A stretch of DNA of 64,000 bases from Lophium mytilinum. Its lineage: Eukaryota. The position numbers and the translations under genes were made by a program. The stretch is from NCBI GenBank assembly GCA_010093605.1, contig MU004188.1, forward strand, positions 1,999,918 through 2,063,917. Reading direction: 5' to 3'. The notes beneath the pieces were generated by a model that saw only the letters and a list, made by a program, of their open reading frames with translations, was not told where the DNA came from and made no database searches. This document shows, one piece after another, positions 22,894 through 35,056 of the stretch (the stretch's first letter is position 1; each line of letters begins with the position of its first letter).

Positions 22894-24120
22894 CTACCCT
22901 TCTAGCACAGCGAGAGACCATTCTTCTTCATCATCCTCAAAATCGAGGTAATGCACCCCTTCAAACTCTTGTTCCGTAGCGAAGAAACCAACATCCTTTG
23001 GTAACACTTCCTCAGTATCTACCGCAAATTCATCCACTTCGTCTTTCCGGTTCATGAACCCTGCGTCCCCTGGGTCGTACGTCTTCGCTATCAAATTGTT
23101 TTCGCCTTTCCACGACCAGCCCTCTTTCTTGATGATGTGCAACCGATAGGCAAGAATAGGGTCGCCCAGTACAGTCCAAGTGTCTGCAAGATGAGGATTT
23201 AGTCAATCAATGTCTCAAGTCGACATTTGTAACTCTTACCTTTATTTTCTCCCCCTTGATCGCCCTCCAAATTGCCCTTAACAGTCGCCTCCTGCGTTAC
23301 ATGGCCCCCTCCACTCACCGCGGCCTTATGCTCGTTCGCTCGCTGATTCGAATACCGAAGGCCCTTCGCGATCTTCAGCCCCGTGACAACATACACCTAT
23401 AGGGCCCGGACAATGTTAATAGATATCACATAAACACGGCACCATTATTCCGCTCTACAGTACTTTGCTATAAAGATCCGTACACTCTTTTGCCCCTATA
23501 TGGCGGATGCCCGTACTAATAAAAACTGGGGGTCGCGAATGTACAGTACTTCCCGTCTATCTGTGTACATCCTGCTGACGCCGTCTGGGGTAGCGTCGCG
23601 AGCTCTACCGTCGTCCAAAATGCTGAAGTTCTCTCTCTTTTGGATTGCCCAAAATACGATAAGGCTCCCCATGCAGCGACGAACGAGTATACGGATACAT
23701 ATAACGAGACAATGTACTTACCGGACCATTCCGCAACGCGCTTTTAAACTCCTCATCCTTCTCCCGAAACCTCTTCGCGTCCGCGGCCGTCGGATTCCGC
23801 TCCAGATACCACGCCGCGGCCTTGTCAAACGCGTAGATCGTCTTCAAGGAGCTGCTGGTCTTGGCCTCCGCCTGCCCGCCGAAAACGTCGTAAAGTTTCG
23901 CGGAGAGGCCCGCGTTGAGCGAGGCGTGGTGCTCGCGCTCGGTTTTGCCTTTGCTGTAGCCGGCCCCGGGAATGATCTTCGGCAGGGGGTCGAAGAAGGT
24001 GATGGGGTCTTGCGGGAGGGTCATGTCGGTGATGACGTTGCCGATCTTGATGGGGCCGTTGAGGCGGAATTCGAGATCGGGGGCGCGGAGGTAGAATTTG
24101 CGGTCTTTTGGGGCTGGCAT
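22894..24120 (-). CDS. Fungal gasdermin (RCD-1/HET-Q1-like pore-forming protein), 281 aa, 3 exons
   Basis: Exons 24120-23722, 23396-23240 and 23183-22894 have canonical GT-AG introns and splice in frame. Motifs FYLRAPDLEF..GPIKIGNVI, YAFDKAAAWYLE..PT, PVYVVTGLKIAKG and DPILAYRLHII, plus an acidic C-terminal tail, match my knowledge of fungal gasdermins. Confidence 0.85.
23458..23714. mobile_element. 257-bp MITE (family B) inside gasdermin intron 1
   Basis: TA|cagtactttgctataaagatccgtacactc ... gagtatacggatacatataacgagacaatg|TA: imperfect ~30-bp TIRs with TA flanks. Removing it leaves a 66-bp intron. Confidence 0.7.
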
Positions 24121-24662
24121 GTTGGGGAGAGGTTGGGTGAGTATGAATGGAGTTTGCTGGACTCTGCGTGTGAATATTACGGAGCTTGAAGAGTCGAGAA
24201 GACTTAGTGACGATGCGGGGTAGTGCCAGCAGGCTTCAGCTCGCCGGTCAAGGCTGAAAAATACCATGCATATGCACGATAGGCGGCAATGCATGATATC
24301 CTTGTAGATGGATGGTGATTGGTCGTAAGCAAGGTCATGTGGCGTTGGCACGTGATAGGGACCCATTGATGCCGTCGCATGGTCGTTTGCGGGGCTCTCA
24401 CGTACTCTTAGAAACCAGGATGAACGAGTAAAACTTAAACTGCTACAATGTCTTGACACTGTCTGCAGTGGCCTCGTGAGTTTAGTAGTCGTCTAAAATG
24501 TCGTACCTTTCTCTTTTTCGGAACGCCGAAAGTACTATAAGGCTCCTCAAACAGCTGTAAACGAGTGTACAGTTGTCTACGATGAGTAATTATGATAGGG
24601 ACGTATCACGCTGGAGGTTGCGGTACAGCCATAAGATTTCTACGAAGGAACGGGGGTATATA

Positions 24663-24894
24663 CAGTGGCGAGCTAGAGGTGTGATGCACACCCGTCTACC
24701 ACCGCTTGGGGTACCCTCATGGGGTTTCAACCGTCTAGGTGTGAGGTCAAATTCTAGGTAGTGCATCAGGGTACTGCTTGACTCACTACCCACTGGCTAC
24801 ATAGGCTGGGCTAATCCTCTTAGTGGTGTCAATTAAGCAAGATTGATGCGGAACAGTAATAAGTCCGTGTGCCTAGACTAGTAGCCTGATACCG
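24663..24894. mobile_element. MITE family A copy (~232 bp) between gasdermin and protease
   Basis: TA|cagtggcgagc...taccaccgcttggggtacc ... gtgtgcctagactagtagcctgataccg is colinear with the 36700-36926 copy. Confidence 0.7.
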
Positions 24895-24948
24895 CAGCAG
24901 TCAAACGGGGGCCTTCACAACTCGTTCAAGGTGAAGGCATTTAGACTG

Positions 24949-27900
24949 TTACTTCCCCTGCTTCAAGTTTGAAGCACCACTCAGTGCAATCTCAAAGTTC
25001 ACCCGATGCTCCTCCTTCGAGTGGTTATCGAGTGTGATATAGCGCTTCCGCGCTTCTGGCTCAGTCGAGAGCTCATACAGCAAGTTTTGGAAACCTTCAA
25101 ACATCCTGATGTTGTCCCACGACCCCTTCTCGTCGTAAATGTTGACATAAGCAACGACAATCGCAGCAATTGCAGCCGCAACGGCAGTCGCTGCGGATGT
25201 TCCAGTCCTGTTGATGTACTGTGGTTCCAACTTTCCTCGGTTCGAAGCTGGAACCTCCAGACCCAGCGTTCCAAAGACCTCTCCTTCTCGCTCAGGAAGG
25301 GAAGGGTTAAAATCTTCATGCTTCCCCGTCGAATTTGTTCCCCGAATCGAGAAAACCGTAGGGTGTTTGGCTGGGAACAGTTCGCGTTTGCTGCCACCTA
25401 GATTCGAAGCCGCAGCAAAAATCAACAGATTCTGATTTCGGTGCGAAAGTGCCTTAGAAATGGCGTTACTGATGACGCGGTTTTCGTCGACGCGTTGCTC
25501 CTGCTCCCAGCCTAGAGATAGAGACACGATGTCCGCATCTTGCTCCTCGACAGCCCAGAGGATAGCCTACGACGGTTTTATTAGCGATGAGGTATGTAAA
25601 GGCATATTGTTCGGTGCTTAAATACCTTAGCAAGGTTATTGCTAGTTGTTTTTGGATCTTCCTTCAAATCGGCGTCTTTGCCTGCAATACGTGCGACACA
25701 AATATCTGCAAAGGGTGCGATGCGATGGATGATTGAAAGCATAGCTGTTCCATGTCCTTCATTGTCTTGCGGCACGGTTTCAGACTTCCAATAGTCTTTC
25801 CAATTATAGTTCCCCGTCTCTGATGCGGAGAGCATGTTCAGCCGCTGCTTCAGCTTCCGATCCGCAAAGCGCGATCCACCGTCAAATCCAGTGTCTATGA
25901 TGGCAATTTTGGGTCTTTTCAAGTCTTTGATTCTATCAGAGACGTGACTATGCAACCAGGAGTTCGTAATGTTGTTGAGCCAGTCCCAGGACAAAACACT
26001 ACAAACTAATTAGCTTGAAAATTGAGGACGGAGGTACGTTAGGCATGAAAAAGGTGGCATGGTCAGCAATTATCTTGTTTCATGTGATCGTGTGTACACC
26101 TGTCTACCACTGTTTGAAGTGCTTGAACAGTTTCTACTTAGCCCAAAGCTAAGAATTTCCATCCTGTTCATATTATTTGAAATGTGTTGAAGCACTACAA
26201 GCAGCGGCTGACTGGTATGCACATGATAGAATGCTTGCTGAGTGTAACACGTTGTCATACCCAGCGTGGGAGGGTATCTCACACCTTGGAGTTTTGGGCG
26301 CTTTGTTGACGCTATCTTCAGTCTGTAACACAGACGGCTCGTTAGAGCGTGACATCTTTGGTGGCTCGAATGCCCTCTCACCCGGATCCGCCATGTCTTG
26401 AAACAGTTCGAACAGAGGGCGGACAACATGGTTTTTGAGTGCCAATCGTCTCCCTACAGCATCCAGGTGCTTCTCAAACAGGGGCCTGGGGACTTCTGGT
26501 TGAGTGGGGATGCATTCTTCAACAATGCGTCGGTATCTTGGCTTGGCTTTGGCCGGCAGCTCTATCGTGGGCCATGCAATATCTGCAGATATTTCGCAGC
26601 AGGATACGTAAAGGCCGTTACTCTTCAAGGCACCAGTCAGATGTGTGGCGTTCCCAGTGATGGATGGCTTGTCAGAAGTGATTGAGCCTAACTGGACTAA
26701 AAGTAGGCCAAGATTGAAGATATAAGGAAATGGGTGTAGATAGGGTGCCCCACTTGAAATTTCAATAGGTTCGTGCTCGTGGTTTGTTGAATCTTCTGAT
26801 TCAGCGGACTGAATCTTGAGGAATGGTGCTTCGGAGTCGGGGCTACTCGTTTTTTGCAGAAGTTGTATTGTTTCAAGGCTCCATTCCACGTTCATCCAAT
26901 CTGAGTCGTAATATTGCCAGAATGCTTTTGCTATGGTAAAAGCAAGAAAAATCTTGTGCCTCGCAGATAGTTCGTCTTGTTTTAGTGCCGTGGAAAGAAG
27001 CATAGGTGCGCCTCGCGGTGGAAAGATATTTGAAAAAGAAGCTTCTGGACTCCAGCAAAAACTGTGAGTCTCCAAACTCTTAGAAACGAGATTCTTAGTG
27101 ACATGAATGCGGAAGCATCTTATGTTCCATGTCAAGATTTTGCAGAAGTCATCCAGCGCTGTGAGAGACGTTTTATGGGTCGACGGTTCGTTCGTGGCGT
27201 CTTCAGGATCTTCAGAGCCTCTGGTTTCTCTATAGTAAATCAGCTACAATTCGCAGAATCCTTCTATACGTCGACGAACCTGGGAAGCTGAAACTGTACA
27301 GGCGTCCATTCGTGACTCTCGTCCCCTTTGTAAGCGACGACCGAGTCAAAGAAGCAATGATTGTCATCGCCAGGAACCTGTTGATATCCGTCCAGACGCA
27401 AGGCACAAACGTACTCTTCTGATAAGCATACGGCTCCACCTTTCCCTAAGCATGTACATGGCAGATAGGCACTTGTGTGAAAAGTTTTGTGTAGAGCTGT
27501 GGTAACTGACTCGGAGTATTTTTCCAGCTCGAGTCTCTTTGCAGAACGACGGTTTTCTGGCTCCTCGCTAGGTTGCGAAATATCGTTAGACGAAGTATCG
27601 CGGAGTGAAAGACAATCTGTGACGGTTTTGATCGCTGCTTGATTCGATGAAGACATCGGATCTAAAGTTAGTTGTCGTGCAAAACTTTTGATATTTTGAG
27701 CAGTATTCTGTGTCGTCGCCTGCTGGCCCTAAAGCTTAGAATATTAGCCTCGGATATAAACTTAATATCTGAGATCAATACGAACCAAAGTTTGAGCAAA
27801 CACATCCCTCGTTGTAGACACAGCCCCTGACTGCTCTTCAATGCTTGCAGTCTTGATAAATGTGCTGAGCTCAAATAGTTTAACGCTGTTGATTGTGTTG

Positions 27901-28043
27901 CGGAATGCCCTGAGCAGCCCGCCGGGCTCAGAGTTGTTGCATTGTTGCGCTTCTTCCGCGATTTCTCCCGCAGCATCAGCGATAAGAAAATCATAATCCC
28001 AGTCTTCTTCAGCCAAATCGTCTTCCAAATAATTACCACTCAT
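24949..28043 (-). CDS. Subtilisin-like (S8) serine protease with long N-terminal region (HET-Q2-like), ~880 aa, 5 exons
   Basis: Exons 28043-27786, 27728-27280, 27229-26285, 25998-25626 and 25566-24949 splice in frame. Catalytic motifs: KIAIIDTG (Asp), NEGHGTAM (His), FAAASN (oxyanion Asn), TGTSAATAVAA (Ser). No signal peptide, so probably intracellular. Confidence 0.9.
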
Positions 28044-28243
28044 AGCTGATATGCGAAGCAGAGGGACACAACAGGCTTGACGGGGAGCGAGAACGCGACG
28101 CTTTGAGCCTCTCCGGCCCCGCAGTTCCGGCCCCCACGAAACTCAGCTGAACTTCGGGGAAGAACACCAACTGGATCTAGAACCTGAGTTGAACCAACTT
28201 CAGTCGCCATCTCTGCTGCCTGCCTGCCGGCTTTGATCAAAGG
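28044..28243. promoter_or_regulatory. 200-bp putative bidirectional promoter shared by the S8 protease and kinase-HET genes
   Basis: Head-to-head ATGs at 28043 (-) and 28244 (+). Confidence 0.5.
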
Positions 28244-31200
28244 ATGACAGAAACCCTTCCGAGGAGTACAACGACCGAGATCACAGGCGAGCTATTCCCG
28301 ATACGCGTAGCTACTCACTTATGCCGGCAAAGACTTCAAGAATGTGCCAGTCAACCGTCCCTGCGGAAGGCTCACTGGGCGGAGAACCGTTCCAGTGACT
28401 TCAATCTGTGGGATTCTGGAGTTGGCGCCTGTGCGAACGAGCTGAATTGTTTGGATAAGCGTTTAGAGAACGACGTCTCTGCGCAGAAGGTCGTCATCGG
28501 CGCCCTCAGCACTCTTGCAGCGTGGACGACGAAGTGTAGGCAGCTGGCAGAAGCGGTAGAACCTAAGACAGGATCGCCGGACCATCCAGCTAGGAGCAAT
28601 TCACTGTCTACCAACGAACAAAGCACAGATCCAACCGACAGCATAACGCTGGACCAAGCGAAGAGCACGGTTGAAGGATTGCTCAAGATTCTTGTTGATC
28701 TAGAGATTGCAATAAGGAAGGCTGGTACAGCTTCTCGCGTGAGGAGGGCGGACCGCACATTCAACAAACGAAGGCATCGTTATGCGGAGCTCTCGAATCA
28801 TCTTGAGTTCATTCTACGAGTCTCCGGAGCCCCTCGACGGAACCATAGCTCATCGGACCAACGCTCTGCCCTGCCTGAAACCGACGAAATTGATGTCGGA
28901 TCTGCACTTGACCAATTATGGGGAGAGAAAGCTCCTTTACGTCCTGAGCAGCAAATACTCCTCCTTGCCAACATAAAGCGCACTGACCGTTTCCTGTTCT
29001 ACAAGGGGCGGCAAGTGCAGTTACAATCCGAACAAGCGGAAAAGCCTTCTCAGGCTATACGTGTCCAGGTCAGGTCATCTCGCGCCCAGCCTTCAGATTC
29101 CCCCTTAAAGGGCGATGAGCAACCTCGGCAATTATTGAAACCATTGACGAGCAAACATGCTACATCAGCTCAGTCTCAGCATTCCACTGGCACCACTAAT
29201 CAGGCATCGGATTACGTACCCAGTTCATCGCTGGAGAAAGCCACCGAGGTGACATCCCCAGATGTTGCAGCAACGGCAATCGCCCTTCGCGCCGATTATC
29301 CTAAACCCCCAAAAGATAAGACGAAGTGCCCCTACTGTTTGATACCTTTCAGAGGCGAAGCTGACGACATGCGTCGGTGGAAGTAGGTTCTATCCATGGC
29401 CCCACCGCAGACAAATATACTGATCATGTAGGAAACATGCCGCGGAGGACCTTCAGCCTTACACGTGCTACTTGCCGAACTGTCCCCAACAGTATCCTTT
29501 TTTCAATACTTTTGACGCATGGAAAGCACATGTCCTCTCAAATGAGCACAAGCGGTTTGAAGGGCGGACTTGTTTGCTTTGCCGATTTTCCTCGAATCCC
29601 ACCGAGGAATCAATCTTCCTGGACCATATTCAAGACAAACACTCCAACGCGTTTGCAAAAGAGTCTTTAACAAATTTTGGAAATATGTGCCGTCGATATA
29701 CGGCGCCGGCATTAGATAGATGTCCGGTATGTTCGACATACGCAAATGATTGGAAACTACGCAAAGATAGTGATATGAAGTTTGAGCCTAGAGTCAAGAC
29801 ATTTCTGGAACATATCGGGCAGTGTATGCACTACTTTGCTTTGAGAGTGCTGCCAGAGACCGAGCCCGAGAAGACTGGGGACGGATCCGGCCAAAACCTG
29901 ACCAATGGCACACCCATCGAGGACCGATCGTGGCCGTCTTGCTATCTGCATGTTTCACATCACTCAGACGGACTTACAGAGACTGAGCTGGAAGTATTTC
30001 CAGAGCTCACCCACCATGACCTGGTTGATAACGTTCGAAGAATGCAGACTTGGGTTGAGTTAACGGAAATCATGGACGATCCAGATTCCCTGGACGAAAC
30101 GATGCGCTTGGACCGTAGATATGACATGAACCACAGGGAAAATTCAATCGAAGCTATTGAAGGTGAGGCTACTGGTGATGTTGAGCTGGATGATGAAGAC
30201 TTCCTTTTTGAGTCATCTCCTTCGAGCACACTGGAAGACAGACTGTTGAAATCTTTTGTAGCCAGCACTTTCGATTCTCAGAGGCAGTCTTATCTTCCCG
30301 AAGGTCGTATTGTAGAGCTGGTGACAGCGGAGAGTATCACAGAGGAATTGGAGTTGGATCATCTTGACCCGAGCACCGCAGCCAAGTTCGATCAATCTCG
30401 GCAAGCTGAACTCGTCGACTGGATCCTCAACGGCGCTAGAAAATTATTCGCCATTTGCGTCGAGTGCGGCATTCTACCTCGGCGCAACATGCTGGCAACG
30501 TTTTTGCGATTCCGGAAGTACGGTTTTGATGATAAGAGCCTGCCTATTCGAAACCCAAGAGACAACTCTAGGCCGACTGCGAGCAACTCACCGGATCCAG
30601 TTTTTCACGAGCAGGTATGGTCCATGTTCAAACTCCACAACTTCTACGAGAAGCAGTGGAAGTATCTCGTTCCCGTCTTCGGATCAAATCAGTATGACTA
30701 CGATCTTCCATCTGATTGCATTCTACCTTTTCAAACGGATAGAGACGACACCGGACAAGGGGCCTTCAGTAGCGTCTACAAGGTCAAAGTTCACCCTGAT
30801 CATATGAGACTTGAGAATTCCGAGAAGGTAAGCTAGATTTCCAGTGTTTTGTCATGTTGTTGACACCTTCTCTAGGTTGCTATCAAGGAGATCAAAGGCA
30901 TCAAATCCAGAGGGGACGACGCGATGAACACTAACGCAAACTGGGAACGGGAAGCAAGAGCACTGCGAACGATCGGTACCATCAAGAACGAGCATATAGT
31001 GAACTGCATTGCTGCCGTAAGGAGAGGCGATAGTCGCTACTTCATCTTTCCTTGGGCAGACGGAGGCAGCCTCAGAGATTTATGGGAGGAAACTCCTAGG
31101 CAATTTCTGGAGAGGCGAATCATCAAAGAAGTTATTGTTCAGCTCCGTGGTATTGCAGATGCCCTTGACAGACTCCACAATTTCCGCGGAGCGAAGGCAC

Positions 31201-34200
31201 ACCAGGGAGATACACCATCGACACAAGTGCCATCGATACAAGTGGTTGATCCAGATGAGATGGCACAAGACGAAGACGGGTACTTTGAAAGCACCGAGCC
31301 TATAGAATCCATTCGACACGGTGACTTGAAACCGGAGAATATCTTAAGATTTCCATCTAGCACATCCACCATCGGCGAACTTCGTATAGCAGATATGGGA
31401 CTCGCAAAACGTCACAATGTCGAAACAGAACTTCGAACTCGCCTTTCGAGTACGAGATACGGCACTATGCTATACGAAGCACCTGAGGTAGTGACCCTAG
31501 ACCAAGCCAGATCACGGCTCTACGATATTTGGTCCATGGGATGCATCACATTAGAGTTCATCATCTGGATGCTATATGGGAATGACGAACTCAAGAACTT
31601 TCACAAGCATCTCCAGGGTGATAAATACCAAACGTCTCAATTTTTTGAAATACGGAACATTGATGGGCGCAAACATGCCGCGGTGCATTCAGTCGTTCGA
31701 TACTGGATAGACTATATACGCAACACGGACCCCGAGTGCTCGCAGAACTCTGCGATGAATGACCTTCTCAGCATCGTTCAGGAGAACTTACTCGTTGTCT
31801 CCTTTCCTCCTAGAAGGGCAGGCTCAATGTCCTCTGCTCAACCCCTATCGGACGCCAATCTAGGAGAAAAATCCACTCGATATCGTGCAACAGCTAGAGA
31901 ATTCCGAGAATCTCTTGACAGGATACTGGAGAAGGTAAGTAAAGACCCAACATATCTACTGACGGGGAAAAGCCGTGCAAATTTGCAACCACCGGCAACC
32001 ACGCGAACGAATCTTCTAGCGGTCGATCGTCCACTCAGAAGTGGGATGCTAGCCGATTTTGCGACGGAGAGGTACAGACACCCGAGCCTTACGTTGAAAT
32101 CTAGCTTGAGAGGAGTAAGTCTCATCTACCTATCTTTAACAACAACCTACTAAATCAGATAGGATGTAAGTTCATGTGTGACTTGCGACTCAAGGACTTC
32201 ACTGACAGCAAGTTTCATTTGCTCCTAACAGTATGTAAGTAATTTGTGAGCAACAATGAAACTCTCCGCATACCACGGTTGACTACACTGAAGACTGATT
32301 CGAAATTTCAAGCATAATATGGTAAGTCACATTGTTCCTACTTATGCTTGATATGTACTGATTAGTGTTTGTAGCCGGTACGTTCGGCTTTGAACAGCAA
32401 TCAAGATCCTACTAACCTGAAGGTGATTCGACTCCAAAGCATGTAGGTCGATCGCAACACCACACCCATAGATCCATCGAACCACTAATTCGAAGAAAAA
32501 GCTGGCCGACTGGGAATTTCCTGTGGATAATGAATTTGCGACTGGCGTTTTCAGAACGTGGGGCCTACACATACCACATGATCCGCATTTTAAGGCCCCT
32601 ACGAAATTGTGTCAACGATGCAATGTCCTCAACTTCTGGGCCGGGGGCTTCGATCTTGAAGACAGGATAGCAGATCTGGAAGCGAGAGCATCAGACTGTG
32701 ACTTCTGTCGAATGCTTCGTTCCATTTGCGCAAAGCATGAGGCGGACCACTTCCCAAAAGTACGATTCGAGCGATCGCAATCGAACCTCGTACTAGTATC
32801 TCCCAAGCCAGTAATAGCGCTATCAATTCTTCGAAGTTACGGTAAGTGTAACAAGGTTCCGGCCTATCTATTACGAAGGCCTGCAGTCGCTAACAAACGC
32901 CGGTCAAGAACTGGAGACTCCGCTTCCCATCCAGCTTGGGTTGCCTGAGCTACTTGCAGCGGGATCGGATGGCAGCTTCGACATCATGAGGGCTTGGTTA
33001 GACGATTGCGATACGAACCATGAAAACTGCCAACCCGATCGTGGTCCATACCAAACCAGTTCATATCCGACCAGACTGATTGATGTCGGCCATTCCAAGA
33101 GCCCCAAATTACGGCTTGTGGTTCCACGGACTGACTTCCAACCTTTTGATCAAGACAACGGCGGCGCACGAGAAGAGCAATGGATCGCTCTCTCCCATTC
33201 TTGGGGTAACCCTGCAAAACAGAATATGTTCTGGACAGGAAAAGATAACATCGAATCTTTCAGGCGAGACATTCCCTTCGAACAGCTACCAGCGACCTTT
33301 AGAGACGCCGTAATAACAACAAGAGCCCTTCACGTTCGCTACCTGTGGATTGATGCAATATGTATCCTCAATGGACCAGACGGCGACTATCACGAAGAAG
33401 CGAAACGTATGGAGGATGTGTTCAGTGGAGCACACTGTGTTATTGCTGCGAGTCGAGCCACAAGCCAAGCGGACGGATTTCTTAAGCCAAGACCACAACG
33501 CGAATATGTGAAATTCCAACGCGGCAGCGAGAAACCTTTCTACATGTGTGACCCAGTTGACAACTTCAATCAGGACGTCTTGGAAGGGCCTCTTAACCGG
33601 CGTGGCTGGATATTGCAGGAACGCGCTCTCGCGCGGCGCACGATCTTCTTCACAGATACACAGACATATTTTGAGTGCGGTAATGGCGTGCGGTGCGAAA
33701 CACTCGTAAAGATGCACAAGTAAGTCGACGAACTTACATTGTCTTCAAAGACTAGGAAAATGTATTTCTGGTGCTAACTTCTCTCAGCAATATGGCAGAT
33801 TTCCTTGGAGATCCACACTTCCCCAACAAAGCTATGAGTCGACCCCGAAGCATGATGATTCTACACGTTCAAGATTTGTTCCGGCAGTACTCTAGACTAG
33901 CGTTTTCACACAACGCAGACAGACCTGTCGCCATCGCGGGAATTGAGAACCGGCTTAAGAAGGCTTTAGGGGTGGGCGGCAATTATGGCGTGTTTGATGA
34001 CGGCCCAGGTGGAGGTCTCTTCCACCGTGGTCTGCTCTGGCAGCGTGGAGAGGACGAAGAATCTCTGACCCCTATTCATTTTACGGATGGCGGCAACTGG
34101 AGGGTGCCTACATGGTCATGGATGGCCTACGACGGGGGTATCGATTACCTCGACCCTCCGTTCGACTCCGCTGAATGGGAAACGACTGATGTCCGACCCC

Positions 34201-34547
34201 CTAAACGCTTCGGGGATTTTGCAGGATTTGAGGATGGAGCTATAATGCTTCCAGCTATAGTGCGGGACTTCAGCGTTGCTAGAAGAGGCATAGACGAGGT
34301 CAAGTTAGTTTACGATACTGATAAGCGCGACGGCATCGACAGGCAACGGCCCCAGTGCGTTGTTGTTGCGAAGTCTAAAACGGAGATGACGGCACGAGAA
34401 AAGACTTATTATGTCCTAATAGTTGTCCCCTCTTCTGCGCTTCACGGGTTTCCTAGCGAAACGATGTATGTGCGAGTGGGTGTAGGAAGAATGTTGGGAA
34501 AGTACATCGCTTTAGGTCAGCCGGGTATTCCGAGTATTATCAGCTGA
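28244..34547 (+). CDS. Helical N-terminal / C2H2 zinc finger - Ser/Thr protein kinase - HET domain protein, ~1900 aa, 11 exons including 5 micro-exons
   Basis: Exons 28244-29382, 29432-30827, 30876-32114, 32163-32165, 32232-32234, 32313-32321, 32375-32377, 32440-32442, 32502-32841, 32909-33719 and 33788-34547 give one open frame. C2H2 motifs: CPYC..WKKH..DLQPYTC, CLLC..HIQDKH, CPVC..HIGQCMH. Kinase motifs: GQGAFSSVYKV, VAIK, HGDLKPEN, DMG, APE, DIWSMG. HET motifs: PTRLIDVG, ALSHSWG, YLWIDAICI, RGWILQERALA, PTWSWMA. Confidence 0.85.
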
Positions 34548-34579
34548 AGTACGTATTTACTATAACTTAACAAGCTGTT

Positions 34580-35051
34580 AGATCCCTCTCACAATGCCAA
34601 AGTTGACACACTAGAAATCAGACTACCTCTTAGCCGGTGGTCCACCTGCTAGCTGGGGAACCTCTCATAGTGGCGTCGATCAATCACAAAGGAGCTTAAG
34701 TAGTGTAGTATCGAATTCATTGGCTTTTCATGCTCCGCTCAGGATGCTAAAGTTGACACAGCGAAAAGCAGACTACCGTTTGGCCGGCCAGCTACCTGAT
34801 GTCTACGCTAGTCCTGACAGCGCTATCCAGCGATCAAAACGGGCTATCAAGCAGTGTTTTATTCATGTGCTAGCTAAGGTTCCTAAGCTTTCCACCTTCG
34901 CTCGCGATGTCAAAATCAATACAACGGGAATTGGACGACTCTTCGTTAGACTGTGTACAGGTTGGTCAGGGCACCCTCGCAGTGGCGTCGAGAGAGCAGG
35001 TGTGGAACCGAGTAGTGGCGATTTATGTGCCCAGATTTTGACCTCCTATTG
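34580..35051. mobile_element. MITE family A derivative with three degenerate ~155-bp internal units
   Basis: Recurrent aaagttgacaca..agactacc motifs near 34598, 34749 and 34912. Ends atgtgcccagattttgacctcctattg|TA, like the family A right terminus. Confidence 0.5.
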
Positions 35052-35056
35052 TAGTC

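Noticed and set aside
23500..24189. 229-aa plus-strand ORF
   Set aside because: Antisense shadow of gasdermin exon 1 plus the intronic MITE, with no recognisable motifs.
24121..24459. N-terminal extension of the gasdermin in the ORF track
   Set aside because: It has a non-ATG start and non-protein-like composition. Family-like sequence begins at ATG 24120.
32208..32210. Additional 3-nt micro-exon CAA after ctgacag
   Set aside because: The following intron would be only about 21 nt with a weak donor, too short to splice.
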